From Promethearchaeota archaeon (lineage in GTDB: Archaea; Asgardarchaeota; Thorarchaeia; Thorarchaeales; Thorarchaeaceae), in the NCBI GenBank assembly GCA_014728035.1, contig WJMJ01000059.1, positions 64,001-128,000 of the forward strand: a stretch of 64,000 nt of DNA, in the 5' to 3' direction. This document shows positions 27,456-37,933 of this stretch, in pieces. The position numbers and the translations under genes are program-made. A model generated the notes under the pieces. That model saw only the letters and a program-made list of their open reading frames with translations. It did no database searches and was not told the DNA's origin. Numbering within the stretch: the stretch's first letter is position 1; every line of letters begins with the position of its first letter.

Positions 27456-29258
27456 CTAAATTTCGGGTGTGATGAAGCCAGCCTCTGTAAGCTCATTGAA
27501 CAGAGATTGAAATTCCCGTTCCATTTTAGTTTCAATTTTATCCATTGTGGATTCATACGAGTCCCAAGGTGCTATTTTCATTCTTGCAATGTTATCCAAA
27601 ACACTGAATTCAAGAATTCTTCGTACATTAACACCAAGTTTTACAGCTTGAGCCATCTTACGAGTAAATCGAATGATGATTCTGAGCATTCGATAGGTCT
27701 TCCCAATGGGGCAGAAAGTATCTATTTCATGCAAAGCGCTCTGTGTTAGGAAATCCTCTTTAATCATTCGCGCAGCTTCAAGTATAGCACGTTCTGATTC
27801 TGGCAGTGCATCCGGACCAACAAGTTGTACAATTTCTCGTAGTTCTTGATCTTTTTGAAGTAATGCCATTGCCTCAGTAACTAGGTCAGGCCAATCCTCT
27901 CCAAGATGCTCACGATGCCACTTCTCTAATGTATTATGGTAGAGAGAGTAGCTTGTAAGAGTGTTGATTGCAGGAAAGAACCTACGGGCTGCCAAGTCTT
28001 TATCTAGCGCCCAGAAGACCTTGACGATTCGTAATGTGGCTTGGGTAACTGGTTCGGAGAAATCACCCCCTGGTGGTGATACCGCACCACATAGGGTAAT
28101 TGATCCAATACGGTCTTCAGAACCTAGTGCAATTACTCTTCCACCACGTTCATAGAATTGAGCTAGTCTTGAACCAAGATATGCAGGATATCCCTCTTCA
28201 GAAGGAAGTTGTCCAAGTCTGCCAGAAATCTCTCGTAGTGCCTCAGCCCACCGAGATGTGGAATCAGCCATCAATGCAACATCGAGACCTTGGTCTCGAA
28301 AGTACTCTGCAAGTGTGACTGCAACGTAAATTGAAGCCTCTCTTGCTGCAACTGGCATATTTGAAGTGTTGGCAATCAGAACGGTACGTTCCATGAGAGG
28401 TCGTCCGGACTGTGGGTCTTTCAGACTTGGCCATTCTTCAAGTGCTTCAGTCATCTCATTCCCACGTTCTCCACATCCTACATATACAACAACTTGTGCA
28501 TCGGCCCATTTTGCAAATTGGTGTAACGTCACAGTTTTTCCAGTTCCAAATCCCCCTGGAATTGCACCCGTTCCTCCTTTCGCTTGAGGCATGAAGGTAT
28601 CAATTACACGTTGCCCAGTAATCAAGGGCGTATTCATTGATACTCGCTCCTTGAAGGGCCGTCCTGTTCGCACGGGTGTACGTTGCATCATTATAACATC
28701 ATGAATGTCGCCGTAAGAATCCTTTACTTTGCAGATTGTTTCAATAACCGTGTATTCACCCTTCGATGCAATTTCGACAATTTCTCCTTTTACACCAAGA
28801 GGTATCATTATTTTTGATGTGATAATTCCAGTTTCTGGAACTTCTCCAATGATTGTCCCAGGCTCAACAGAGTCCCCTTTTTTCAACATAGGAATAAATG
28901 TCCATTTCTTCTCTTTATCAAGTCCTTCAACAGTTAGACCACGTGAAATGAAATCACCAGACATCTCTTTTAGTTCTGGAAGGGGTCTCTGAATTCCATC
29001 ATATATAGATCCAATTAACCCTGGACCAAGTTCAACTGAGAGCGCATCTCCTGTTGCAACAACAGGTTCGCCAGGAGCCAGTCCAGAAGTTTCTTCATAA
29101 CATTGGACCGTACAGATTTCATCTCCCACCTCTATTACTTCACCAATGAGTTGTTCATTGCCAACTCGAACGACTTCATACATTCTTACACTATCTAAAC
29201 CTCTTGCTTTAACAACTGGTCCAGAAATGCTTTCAATTTGTCCGGTCTCGTGTGTCAT
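27456..29258 (-). CDS. atpA: A/V-type ATP synthase subunit A
   Basis: [37 protein letters not shown]. Confidence 0.97.
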   Translation of the reverse strand: MTHETGQIESISGPVVKARGLDSVRMYEVVRVGNEQLIGEVIEVGDEICTVQCYEETSGLAPGEPVVATGDALSVELGPGLIGSIYDGIQRPLPELKEMSGDFISRGLTVEGLDKEKKWTFIPMLKKGDSVEPGTIIGEVPETGIITSKIMIPLGVKGEIVEIASKGEYTVIETICKVKDSYGDIHDVIMMQRTPVRTGRPFKERVSMNTPLITGQRVIDTFMPQAKGGTGAIPGGFGTGKTVTLHQFAKWADAQVVVYVGCGERGNEMTEALEEWPSLKDPQSGRPLMERTVLIANTSNMPVAAREASIYVAVTLAEYFRDQGLDVALMADSTSRWAEALREISGRLGQLPSEEGYPAYLGSRLAQFYERGGRVIALGSEDRIGSITLCGAVSPPGGDFSEPVTQATLRIVKVFWALDKDLAARRFFPAINTLTSYSLYHNTLEKWHREHLGEDWPDLVTEAMALLQKDQELREIVQLVGPDALPESERAILEAARMIKEDFLTQSALHEIDTFCPIGKTYRMLRIIIRFTRKMAQAVKLGVNVRRILEFSVLDNIARMKIAPWDSYESTMDKIETKMEREFQSLFNELTEAGFITPEI

Positions 29259-29279
29259 TTCTAATCGCTCCTGAAAGAG

Positions 29280-29615
29280 CTATACATGAATTTCAATACC
29301 TACTGCCCGACGAATGAGCTCCTTTAGAACAGACTCATATGCACCTGTTGCACCTTGTCGGTCAGGAATTAAGAGAATTACAGGAATTGGGGCCTCTGAG
29401 AGCTCAAGGATGGTATCCTCTACCTCCACGGCAAGAGGCTCGGTGATAATAATTAGACCCATTCTGGGATCTCTAAAGTAGTGAATCAAACTATTGCGGG
29501 TTTCCTCAGGATTCTTTGGTGTGCTGATATCTGTAACTCCAGCCATCTGGAATCCAGTAACTGTATCTCTATCACCAATAACCGCAATTTTATCACTGGA
29601 CATGAAGCATCCCAC
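29280..29615 (-). CDS. atpF: A/V-type ATP synthase subunit F
   Basis: IAVIGDRDTVTGF..AG, IRRAVG. Confidence 0.93.
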   Translation of the reverse strand: MGCFMSSDKIAVIGDRDTVTGFQMAGVTDISTPKNPEETRNSLIHYFRDPRMGLIIITEPLAVEVEDTILELSEAPIPVILLIPDRQGATGAYESVLKELIRRAVGIEIHV

Positions 29616-29675
29616 AATAGGTAGACGGGCAAGATTCTAGTATTATGCTAAAAACTGTTTCCAAAGCGTCCAATG

Positions 29676-30158
29676 CTAGTCAACAATTTGGGCAACAATA
29701 TCTTCTTCTTCAATATGATTCCAACAATATAGACATTTCAATCGAATGGGTCGCTGTGACACAACCTGATACTTTGCGTGAATTGGTTCACGTTCTTTAT
29801 TGGTCACACATCGACTATTAGGACAACGGACAACATCGGTAATTGTGCTAGGTAACTGAACGCGAGTCTTTTTCACAACCTTATATTCTTCAATAACATT
29901 GATTGTGGCATCAGGAGCAACCAATGCAATTCTTGCTACTTCCTCGTCCTCAAGGATTCTGTCTTCGACTTTGACAATGTCCTTCCGTTCTATTCGTGAG
30001 CTACTGATATTCATTGCAATAGTGAGAACATTGCCTTCTTTTCCAGTAAGTCCTATTATTCCTAGCACTTCTAGTGCATGTCCCGCACTGATATGGTCGA
30101 TAACAGTACCATCTTTGATTTTTACAATGCGAATCTTGCTGGCATCTTTCACACTCAT
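29676..30158 (-). CDS. pyrI: Aspartate carbamoyltransferase regulatory chain
   Basis: IKDGTVIDHI, KDIVKVE, CPNSRC, CLYC. True start likely ATG 30158. Confidence 0.93.
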   Translation of the reverse strand: MSVKDASKIRIVKIKDGTVIDHISAGHALEVLGIIGLTGKEGNVLTIAMNISSSRIERKDIVKVEDRILEDEEVARIALVAPDATINVIEEYKVVKKTRVQLPSTITDVVRCPNSRCVTNKEREPIHAKYQVVSQRPIRLKCLYCWNHIEEEDIVAQIVD

Positions 30159-30259
30159 ATCACTCACTGTTATTTCAAGTAGCAATCCTGTTTTATTCCT
30201 TGTCGTTGTAATATTCGTAAAACCGAAGGTTGATATGGATTCACAAAAGAACCATCTAA

Positions 30260-31615
30260 TTGGTGAAGCAAGTGGTACTAGAAGGTCTTGGTAAATCTCT
30301 AAATTCCGCATTGAAAAAACTCTTCGGAGCTAGTGTAATTGATGAAACGCTAGTAAAAGAACTAGTAAAAGATCTTCAGAGAGCATTGCTTGTTGCTGAT
30401 GTTGATGTCGGTCTTGTTATGGCAATTACCGAGCGGGTTGAAAAGCAAGCGTTAGATGAGAACCTGCCAAGAGGGATTTCTCGTCGGGAGCACATCATAA
30501 AAGTGGTATGGGATACACTCGCATACTTTTTAGGTGAAAAAACGGTTCCATTGAAAATTCAACCTGGAAAGCAGAATCTTGTCATGATGATTGGCATCCA
30601 AGGCTCCGGTAAAACAACTACAATTGGCAAACTTGCCAGATATTATCAAAAAAGAGGAATTAAGACTGGCGTAATCTGTGCGGACAACTTCAGGCCAGGA
30701 GCATTTAGTCAGCTAAAACAATTAGCAGAACGTTCTGGTGTCCCATTTTATGGGGATGAGAAAGAAAAAGATGCGGTAAAGCTTGCAAAACGTGGCTTCA
30801 AAGAGATGAAAGATAGGGGAATAGAATTAATTCTTCTCGACACTTCTGGCCGTCACAGAGAGGAATCTGGCTTGCTTAAGGAAATGAAAGATATAGCAAA
30901 GTCAGTAAAACCACAAGAAATAGTTCTCGTCATTGATGGAACTCTTGGACAACAAGCAGGAGTACAAGCAGCTGCATTTAGAGAAGCAACTGATGTTGGT
31001 TCAATTATTATTACAAAGTTAGATGGTAGTGCAAAAGGAGGAGGTGCCCTATCAGCAGTAGCAGCTACACAAGCACCAATAAAATTCATTGGTACGGGTG
31101 AATCGATGGATGCAATAGAGCCATTTAACCCAACTAAGTTTGCCGGCCGATTGCTAGGAATGTCCGACATTAAGGGCCTTGTGGAAAAGGTTCGGGAAGC
31201 CCAAATCGATCTGGACGAAGACGCGGCAATGAGAATGATGAAAGGGCAATTCTCACTGACCGATATGATGAATCAACTACGACAGCTGAAGAAAATGGGA
31301 CCTATTGGAAAAGTTATGGAGATGCTTGGTCTGAAGTATAAACTCCCTGAAGATATCGCAGAAGTCCAAGAGGAGAATATGCATCGTTGGGAAGTTATTA
31401 TGAATTCGATGACACGCGATGAACTTGATGAGCCAAAGATACTCAAGTCTTCCCGAATAAAAAGGATTGCAAAAGGTTCTGGCACAAGTACCGCAGAGGT
31501 TCGTGCTCTACTGAAACAATATGAACAAATGAAGAAGATGATGAAGAAGTTTGGAAAAACAAGAAGGGGAAGACGTGGTGGAGTGCCAGGAATTCCCGGA
31601 TTGCCAGGAATGTGA
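30260..31615 (+). CDS. srp54: Signal recognition particle protein SRP54
   Basis: GIQGSGKTT, DTSGR, TKLDGSAKGGGA, Met-rich M domain. Confidence 0.97.
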   Translation: MVKQVVLEGLGKSLNSALKKLFGASVIDETLVKELVKDLQRALLVADVDVGLVMAITERVEKQALDENLPRGISRREHIIKVVWDTLAYFLGEKTVPLKIQPGKQNLVMMIGIQGSGKTTTIGKLARYYQKRGIKTGVICADNFRPGAFSQLKQLAERSGVPFYGDEKEKDAVKLAKRGFKEMKDRGIELILLDTSGRHREESGLLKEMKDIAKSVKPQEIVLVIDGTLGQQAGVQAAAFREATDVGSIIITKLDGSAKGGGALSAVAATQAPIKFIGTGESMDAIEPFNPTKFAGRLLGMSDIKGLVEKVREAQIDLDEDAAMRMMKGQFSLTDMMNQLRQLKKMGPIGKVMEMLGLKYKLPEDIAEVQEENMHRWEVIMNSMTRDELDEPKILKSSRIKRIAKGSGTSTAEVRALLKQYEQMKKMMKKFGKTRRGRRGGVPGIPGLPGM

Positions 31616-31628
31616 AATCCAGTTGGAT

Positions 31629-32204
31629 ATGTCAAAAACAACTGATATTAGTAGACATTTCATGGTATTCTTTGACAACTTTCCAATCAGCAAAAGCACA
31701 GTTCGAACAGGGAATAATTCTTCTGAGGTAGTTACTGCATGCAGATCAATCAATGTGGGATTGTTTCTATCTGGAAACCTACGAAGAAACACTTCTGTTA
31801 GTATCGCATACCCGTGTGAGGAAAATATTGCGTGTATCACCTTTCCAGGAAATACACTACGAAGAGTATCTCCTGATGAAAGGTCCATCTCCTTCTTTCT
31901 ACTCAAAGCGCAAAAAAGTTTAGGCGATTTCAAAGACGGTTATAGAATCATGGACAATGGTATAATCCTGATGCACTCTCCATTTGATGTCGTGTTAAAT
32001 TTGATGGCCATCGAGAACGTACATATTGCAGAACAAAAATATGAGCCAAATCCAAACTACCGTGTATCTGATAAAGGAATTTTTGTTTATCTTATGAGCG
32101 AAGACTTGAAAAGAATAACAGACAATTTCAGTTCAATTCCACATCCACCAACACCGGAAAGACTCATCCTGGATTTGAATATGTATTTTGACAGTATGCC
32201 TTGA
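31629..32204 (+). CDS. tRNA (pseudouridine54-N1)-methyltransferase-like SPOUT protein, divergent
   Basis: FLS..LRRN, LRRVSPDERS; located directly after srp54. Confidence 0.65.
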   Translation: MSKTTDISRHFMVFFDNFPISKSTVRTGNNSSEVVTACRSINVGLFLSGNLRRNTSVSIAYPCEENIACITFPGNTLRRVSPDERSISFFLLKAQKSLGDFKDGYRIMDNGIILMHSPFDVVLNLMAIENVHIAEQKYEPNPNYRVSDKGIFVYLMSEDLKRITDNFSSIPHPPTPERLILDLNMYFDSMP

Positions 32205-32255
32205 AGAAAATTTCAAATCCCCTATGACAAATATTCAGAACGATAAAACAGGTGA

Positions 32256-33437
32256 ATGATAGTGCCTACAAATGTATCTCCCGAGTTTGATAAGCAAAGA
32301 CAAATCTATGAAGATACAAATGATCTTGCACAACGAATAGTCGAACTTGAGAAGCTTCTTTCTCTCGCACCAAGGCATAAGGGTGCTGAGAGGATGATTG
32401 GGGATTACAGAAAAAAGCTAGCTCAACTACGCGCAGATTTGGAGAAGAAGCGAGAGCAAGAACGGCAGAGAAGAAGTGGAGCAAGCGATGAGGGAGTAAT
32501 TCGAAAAGAAGGAGCTGGTCAAGTCTGCCTTATTGGAATTCCAAATGCTGGCAAATCGGCATTGATTAATGCAGTAACAAATGCAGACCTAACTGTTGCA
32601 GACTATCCCTTTGCAACACCAATTCCCACTCCTGCAATGATGCTTCTTGAGGATATCAATATCCAATTGGTTGAGATTCCAAGCATCTTCGAGGGGGCAT
32701 ATGACACAGGAATTGGGCGTCAGTCATTATCAGTTGCAAGAAATACTGATTGTATTGCAATAATAGTTGACTTGTCACAAGATATCGACTTTCAGATGAA
32801 TACAATACTTGGTGAGTTAGACCGAGCCAGAATTCGTCTGAATAGAGAGAAATCCGCTGTGCGAGTAGAACGAGTTGGAATGGGTGGTATCATGGTCTAT
32901 GGAATTCATCATTACGAAGGAACCAAGGACGAGGTAGTCGAATTTCTGAAAAAGAAGAAGATTACAAATCTAATTGTTCGATTTCAGAAGGAGGCAACTT
33001 TCCAAAATCTACTTGATGCAATGGACTCAAGTGTCGCATTCGTTCGGGCGCTGATAGTTGCGACAAAAGGAGACGCAGCTGGTTCAAAAGAACGCTTTCA
33101 AGAACTCAAAGAGAAATATGGGCAGAGGTTTGAAATCGTTGCAATATCTGCTGAAAAAGAAGAGAATCTGGAAGCAATGCGATGGGCACTTTATGAACAT
33201 CTTGACATCCTTCGAGTTTACACAAAAATACCTGGAAAGAAACGAGAGGACAAACCAATTGTACTTCCGGAGGGGTCTGTTGTAGAAGACGCAGCAGAAA
33301 AGGTACACAAAGAGCTGTTTGTAGAACGATTTAGAGCTGCAGTGATTTTACGTGACAAAGCAAAGATTAAACGACGTCAGGTTGGACTTGGCTATCCCCT
33401 CAAAGATGGTGATGTTATACAGTTGATGTCTAGATGA
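32256..33437 (+). CDS. DRG/OBG-family GTPase with TGS domain
   Basis: HKGAE, GIPNAGKS, DYPFAT, RVYTK..GK, C-terminal TGS. Confidence 0.9.
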   Translation: MIVPTNVSPEFDKQRQIYEDTNDLAQRIVELEKLLSLAPRHKGAERMIGDYRKKLAQLRADLEKKREQERQRRSGASDEGVIRKEGAGQVCLIGIPNAGKSALINAVTNADLTVADYPFATPIPTPAMMLLEDINIQLVEIPSIFEGAYDTGIGRQSLSVARNTDCIAIIVDLSQDIDFQMNTILGELDRARIRLNREKSAVRVERVGMGGIMVYGIHHYEGTKDEVVEFLKKKKITNLIVRFQKEATFQNLLDAMDSSVAFVRALIVATKGDAAGSKERFQELKEKYGQRFEIVAISAEKEENLEAMRWALYEHLDILRVYTKIPGKKREDKPIVLPEGSVVEDAAEKVHKELFVERFRAAVILRDKAKIKRRQVGLGYPLKDGDVIQLMSR

Positions 33438-33458
33438 TTTGATTCAGGAGATTACTTT

Positions 33459-34199
33459 TTGACCGAACTTGCCAATATTTCCATAATCCTAGTTGAACCT
33501 GAAACCCCTGGAAATGTAGGGTTTGCATCACGGGTTCTTGCAAATTTTGGTGTCAGTGACCTACGAATTGTTGGGGACGATCCCCGTCAAGAACAAGATG
33601 CACAGATATTCTCAGTCCATGCATTAGAACTTCTCGAGTCTGCTTCAATCTTCGAATATATTGAAGATGCACTTGAAGGAATTGATAATGTCTGGGCTTC
33701 TACTGCACGAATTGGTAGGAATCACAGTGTGACCCGAGCAGCTGTTCCACTTCCCCATCTTCCAAATCCTACCACATTGGATGGACGTGTAGGAATTCTA
33801 TTTGGTAGAGAGAGTATTGGCCTCATGAATGAAGAGATAGACCTATCTGATATTGTATTTACAATCCCGGTTTCTCCAGAATACCCAAGCCTCAATCTCA
33901 GTCATGCCATTGCAGTCGTTCTCTACGAGCTGTTCCACAAGTATGCTCCAGAGGCTGAGCCACGTAAAAATGACCCAAAACCAGCCACCATGAAAGAGAA
34001 GAATCAGGTCAGTATCTTCTTTGATGAAGTTGTCGATATCATCCCAATCCGAGACTACAAAAAACCAATTGCAAAACAAGTATTCAGAAATCTTCTAGGC
34101 CGGGCATTCATGACGGGACGGGAAGTGGCTACTCTCACTGGCACAATTCGAAGAATGAGAAATTATATCCTTGATCCTGACAAGTACAAAAATGAATGA
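33459..34199 (+). CDS. trmJ: TrmJ-family RNA methyltransferase
   Basis: LVEPETPGNVG, FGRESIGL, YPSLNLSHA. Confidence 0.88.
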   Translation: MTELANISIILVEPETPGNVGFASRVLANFGVSDLRIVGDDPRQEQDAQIFSVHALELLESASIFEYIEDALEGIDNVWASTARIGRNHSVTRAAVPLPHLPNPTTLDGRVGILFGRESIGLMNEEIDLSDIVFTIPVSPEYPSLNLSHAIAVVLYELFHKYAPEAEPRKNDPKPATMKEKNQVSIFFDEVVDIIPIRDYKKPIAKQVFRNLLGRAFMTGREVATLTGTIRRMRNYILDPDKYKNE

Positions 34200-34202
34200 T
34201 TC

Positions 34203-34222
34203 GTCAAGGGAGTTCCCTTGAC
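34203..34222. terminator. Inverted repeat between convergent genes
   Basis: GTCAAGGGA-GT-TCCCTTGAC between the trmJ and rpl10e stops. Confidence 0.5.
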
Positions 34223-34225
34223 AAA

Positions 34226-34768
34226 CTATGCTAATCCATACCCAAGCTTTCTTCTCAGCTCGGGATCTATCTGATCAAACTCGATCTTACATGGAGTTGG
34301 CAACTTTGCTGCAGCTTTTTTAAGGGCTGTTCTGGCAACATCGATGTGTTGTCGGTCAATCCTAACCGTGACCAACGCCTGATTTCGATCGACTCGTGCT
34401 GCGACTCCTATCACTTTTCCGAAAGCCTTTCTCATTCCATCTTGAACACGGTCTGCACCAGCTCCAGATATCATCTTGTTCTCACGAAGATAATGGTAGG
34501 GTTTCACTCGAATTCGTAAATGGTAATTACGACGACCTGCTTTTCGGGTCATATGCCGATTGCATGTGACTCGTGCTGCTTCAAGTGCCTGATGTCTTAT
34601 CTGACATCGCTCAAGACCAATCAGGGATATTACTACTTCAAAATTACCAGATGTGTTCCCCATATCAAAACTCACTATTCGACTCGCTGGCTGTCTGTGA
34701 ATATACCGTTTCCGTACGTATGGAGGACGATCTGCCGTACGATAACATTGTCCTGGTCTCTTTCCCAT
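34226..34768 (-). CDS. rpl10e: 50S ribosomal protein uL16 (L10e)
   Basis: LEAAR, LRENKM..GAGADR.QDGMR.AFGK. Confidence 0.96.
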   Translation of the reverse strand: MGKRPGQCYRTADRPPYVRKRYIHRQPASRIVSFDMGNTSGNFEVVISLIGLERCQIRHQALEAARVTCNRHMTRKAGRRNYHLRIRVKPYHYLRENKMISGAGADRVQDGMRKAFGKVIGVAARVDRNQALVTVRIDRQHIDVARTALKKAAAKLPTPCKIEFDQIDPELRRKLGYGLA

Positions 34769-34861
34769 TTTTTAATCACCTGTAATTTGGTCTTCGGTCT
34801 TGATGCCGTAAGGTGACCCCACGAAGTTCGAATAAAAGGATTTTGGCATAGGACTGTTGCA

Positions 34862-35590
34862 TCACTTATGAACTTCAACAAACAGATAACGAAAGAGGCA
34901 GTTATGAGAATCACAAGGTTTTGAGAAATCATGCCAAGTCAGATTATATTGGCCATGTAATTTTACCGTGGCATTATCGCGATGTTCCTTGACACTGGAA
35001 GTCCAGCTATGAATTGGTTGGGTCAGAAGACCCTCATGAATTTGGAAGTCATTGTTTGGAGTATCTTTTTGGTCTTCGGGCGGTGTCCAATACTCAATTG
35101 TATTAGTAAGGAAAATAACATAACCTACAGCCCCATCATGATTACGAACGATTTTTTCAATATGCGCTAGAGAATTGAAGAATTTGAATCTGCCAATCTC
35201 TAGTATGTTCTTCTTCTGTTTGTAGGTAACTCCGTTGATTTGTATGGGCTTTTCATCCAAGTAGTAACTGAGGTCGAAAACCGCTACGAGATTGTCATTA
35301 TTATCCTCAAGACAAATCTCCATCTTGTCGCGATCAGGCAATTCGGGTAGAGGGCACTGCATTGCCATGAAGAATGATGGATATTGTCTGTATATTTCTC
35401 GACCTAAAGAAACTCGAAAGTCTGTCACGTCTACAAATGCTTGTTGTCGTTTCGATAGGTTACGCATGATTAAATTGACGTCAATTCCTTGCATATCTTG
35501 GGTCCCCTTTTCGATAGCTAGTAGGGCTTTCCCGAGAATTGAATATGACCTTAGCTTGTCTGTGTACGGAAGTGCACTTTCTGATAGCAA
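34862..35590 (-). CDS. Hypothetical protein, degenerate PD-(D/E)XK-like
   Basis: GYVIFLTN..YW and Y.L.W..FS.....FRYL resemble a restriction-endonuclease-like family; the catalytic ExK appears as DLS. Confidence 0.4.
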   Translation of the reverse strand: MLSESALPYTDKLRSYSILGKALLAIEKGTQDMQGIDVNLIMRNLSKRQQAFVDVTDFRVSLGREIYRQYPSFFMAMQCPLPELPDRDKMEICLEDNNDNLVAVFDLSYYLDEKPIQINGVTYKQKKNILEIGRFKFFNSLAHIEKIVRNHDGAVGYVIFLTNTIEYWTPPEDQKDTPNNDFQIHEGLLTQPIHSWTSSVKEHRDNATVKLHGQYNLTWHDFSKPCDSHNCLFRYLFVEVHK

Positions 35591-35607
35591 ATTTGATCGA
35601 TTTCGCG

Positions 35608-36546
35608 CTATTCTGTGTTTAGTGCAGCGACTATCAAGAGCGGGAACATAATCGTGGCATCACCTATGACGGTTTCAAAATTTGCTTTTGTTTGCACTTT
35701 TTGCCAAGAAACGCCCTCTTGAAGTGGTGCACCTCCAAGACTACCTCCCTCGGGACGGTCCAATGTGATTTGCACAGCTAAGTCAAGACCGCCACGGAGG
35801 ATGGTACTGCCCATTGTGAAATGTTTTGTAAGCCCACCACCCAACATTATTGCACCTGTTTTTTTAGCACCCTGAACCAACTCTCCAAGGATTCGCAAGT
35901 CCTTGATAAAATCTAGTTGGATGTTCTGCATAGTGCTGTAGGTATACAGATGAAATCCCAGCATGGAATCCATAAGTCCTGGACAAAAGATTGGCACATT
36001 GTGGAGACTCGCTTGATGAATAATTGAGGTATTATCGGATATGTTTGAACCAAGATGAGATAAGAATTCGCTTGGTGAGAGATTAGCTAAATCTTCATTT
36101 GAGATGTAATCAAAAAAGGAGTACATCTCTTTTTCAAATGTTTCAAAGTCCTCTTCTTTTACAAAGATGTCAGCTATCCTACCCATTCCAGCTATTCGTA
36201 GATCCTCATCAGATTTTCCAATTGGAACACGATAATGAGCACCACCATATGCTTCGACTAGATCATGAACAATATTAGCACCACTTGAAACAATGACATC
36301 AATTTTTTGTAAACAAAGAAGGTGACTAATGATGTTACGCAGACCACCAGGCACCATTGGTCCGGAGAGTGATAAATATGTACAACAATCAGAATCTTCA
36401 AACATTCTTCGGATGATTGATACAGCACGTCCAACTCGACCTGCGCCTAAAACTCCCACTTGTGAATATGCCTCTACTAATTCGCTTACGGAACTGATTT
36501 TTTTAAGATCGATGAACTTAACTCTATGCAATAGACTCACTATCAA
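35608..36546 (-). CDS. dys: Deoxyhypusine synthase
   Basis: GANIVHD, LGGGLTKH, GSLGGAP..EGVSW.K, DATIMFP. Confidence 0.92.
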   Translation of the reverse strand: MIVSLLHRVKFIDLKKISSVSELVEAYSQVGVLGAGRVGRAVSIIRRMFEDSDCCTYLSLSGPMVPGGLRNIISHLLCLQKIDVIVSSGANIVHDLVEAYGGAHYRVPIGKSDEDLRIAGMGRIADIFVKEEDFETFEKEMYSFFDYISNEDLANLSPSEFLSHLGSNISDNTSIIHQASLHNVPIFCPGLMDSMLGFHLYTYSTMQNIQLDFIKDLRILGELVQGAKKTGAIMLGGGLTKHFTMGSTILRGGLDLAVQITLDRPEGGSLGGAPLQEGVSWQKVQTKANFETVIGDATIMFPLLIVAALNTE

Positions 36547-36792
36547 AAACCAACTATTGAAGGAGATAAGTTATTCGATAGAAAATGGGCACGAGTTCAG
36601 GGTATTTCCGGGAGGGCATAACCCGAACTCGTGTAAGTCCAAAAATGTTCAAGCAAGTCATTCATTCTTTCAAACAGAATCAGGTTTTTGGTATGTTTTT
36701 GTGGTTTCAAATAGACATTGAGATACTGGAGGGCACGCCGAAAGTATTCCTAGTTCAGTATCTTTAAACGATTTCAGCATATTTACAAATTC

Positions 36793-37416
36793 ATGCAGAC
36801 CAGTCTCGATATATTGGTATTAGAGGTCATTGGAATTGGAGTCATCTTTCAAATCATATGGCTGTTTATCACACGATTTGGAAGAGACCAGTATCTATCT
36901 GATTTGACACGCTTTTCCAAACCAAACAGTAGATTATCTAAATTCTATTCGTGGAGAATGGAAAGTACAAACAATGCATTGAAGGAGGGAATAGCCGTCA
37001 TTTCAATAGTGTTGATTATTACCGTTTCACTTTCTATCACACAGCAAGGCATCGAGTCTCTTTTGTTTCTTCTACCCTATCTTTTGTTCGTCATTGCACT
37101 GGTTGTTCTTAGTGTAATTCAGGTTATTGTTCGGGTTCATAGGTTGTCTAAGCGAGAAGATGAATTGCTTGCCAAAATGAAGAATAAAGAAGATAAAATA
37201 AATGAAGCACAACAGATAGTTGACTGGTTATACTCACAAGGAAAAGATGGTGATGGGCGACTGTGGTTTATTTTATATAGAGCTGCACAATTACCGAATC
37301 CCATTGGATATGCAATAAGAGATGCACTTTTTGAGAAAAGGAAAGAGATAGAAAAAGGAATTGAACCAGAAGGTGTATCGAGTGAAACTGAAGACAGTGG
37401 AATAGGTATAGAATAA
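36793..37416 (+). CDS. Hypothetical membrane protein
   Basis: Three TM segments plus a charged C-terminal domain. Confidence 0.6.
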   Translation: MQTSLDILVLEVIGIGVIFQIIWLFITRFGRDQYLSDLTRFSKPNSRLSKFYSWRMESTNNALKEGIAVISIVLIITVSLSITQQGIESLLFLLPYLLFVIALVVLSVIQVIVRVHRLSKREDELLAKMKNKEDKINEAQQIVDWLYSQGKDGDGRLWFILYRAAQLPNPIGYAIRDALFEKRKEIEKGIEPEGVSSETEDSGIGIE

Positions 37417-37497
37417 GAAAGATAAACCGTCTATTCAGTAAGTCTTATATCCACTTTAGAAGGCGTGAACCAGAATCCCCCAAGAGAGGAACCCACA

Positions 37498-37782
37498 ATG
37501 TCAGAAAGTAAGGTGTTGAAAGGCCGTAGAGGCGTAGTTGTTAGCTATCGAAGAGGTAAACATCTCCAACATACAAATCAGGTCATTTTGAAATTCGATA
37601 ATATTGAATCAAGAAACGAAGCTGCAAGTCTGATAGGTCAGAAAATTAAATGGACTTCATCTGTGGGAAAAGAGACCTTGGGAAAAGTACTCAATGTTCA
37701 CGGAAACAGTGGTGCAGTTCGAGCCAAATTTAGAACCAATCTCCCAGGACAAGCTATTGGAACCCCAGTACACATTATTTAG
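37498..37782 (+). CDS. rpl35ae: 50S ribosomal protein L35Ae (eL33)
   Basis: SYRRG..Q, HGNSGAVRAKF..NLPGQAIG. Confidence 0.93.
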   Translation: MSESKVLKGRRGVVVSYRRGKHLQHTNQVILKFDNIESRNEAASLIGQKIKWTSSVGKETLGKVLNVHGNSGAVRAKFRTNLPGQAIGTPVHII

Positions 37783-37825
37783 ACATTCATTAACCTTTAT
37801 CACGGGAGATAACTAAAGAGAAATC

Positions 37826-37896
37826 ACTCCGATGATGACTTTTGGCTATCTGAGGGCCCAAGGGTCCTAGGATGTATCATAGTTAGTCTGAGGAGT
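37826..37896 (+). ncRNA. Box C/D guide sRNA
   Basis: Terminal stem ACTCC/GGAGT, C box ATGATGA (37832-38), D' CTGA (37850-53), D CTGA (37888-91). Guides TTTGGCTA and TCATAGTTA are complementary to conserved LSU rRNA motifs. Confidence 0.85.
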
Positions 37897-37933
37897 ACTT
37901 TATTGAATAAAACGCAACTGGAAGTATAACATA

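Noticed and set aside
30159-30311. N-terminal extension of PyrI in the ORF track
   Set aside because: Overlaps srp54 and the divergent promoter; the real start is probably ATG 30158.
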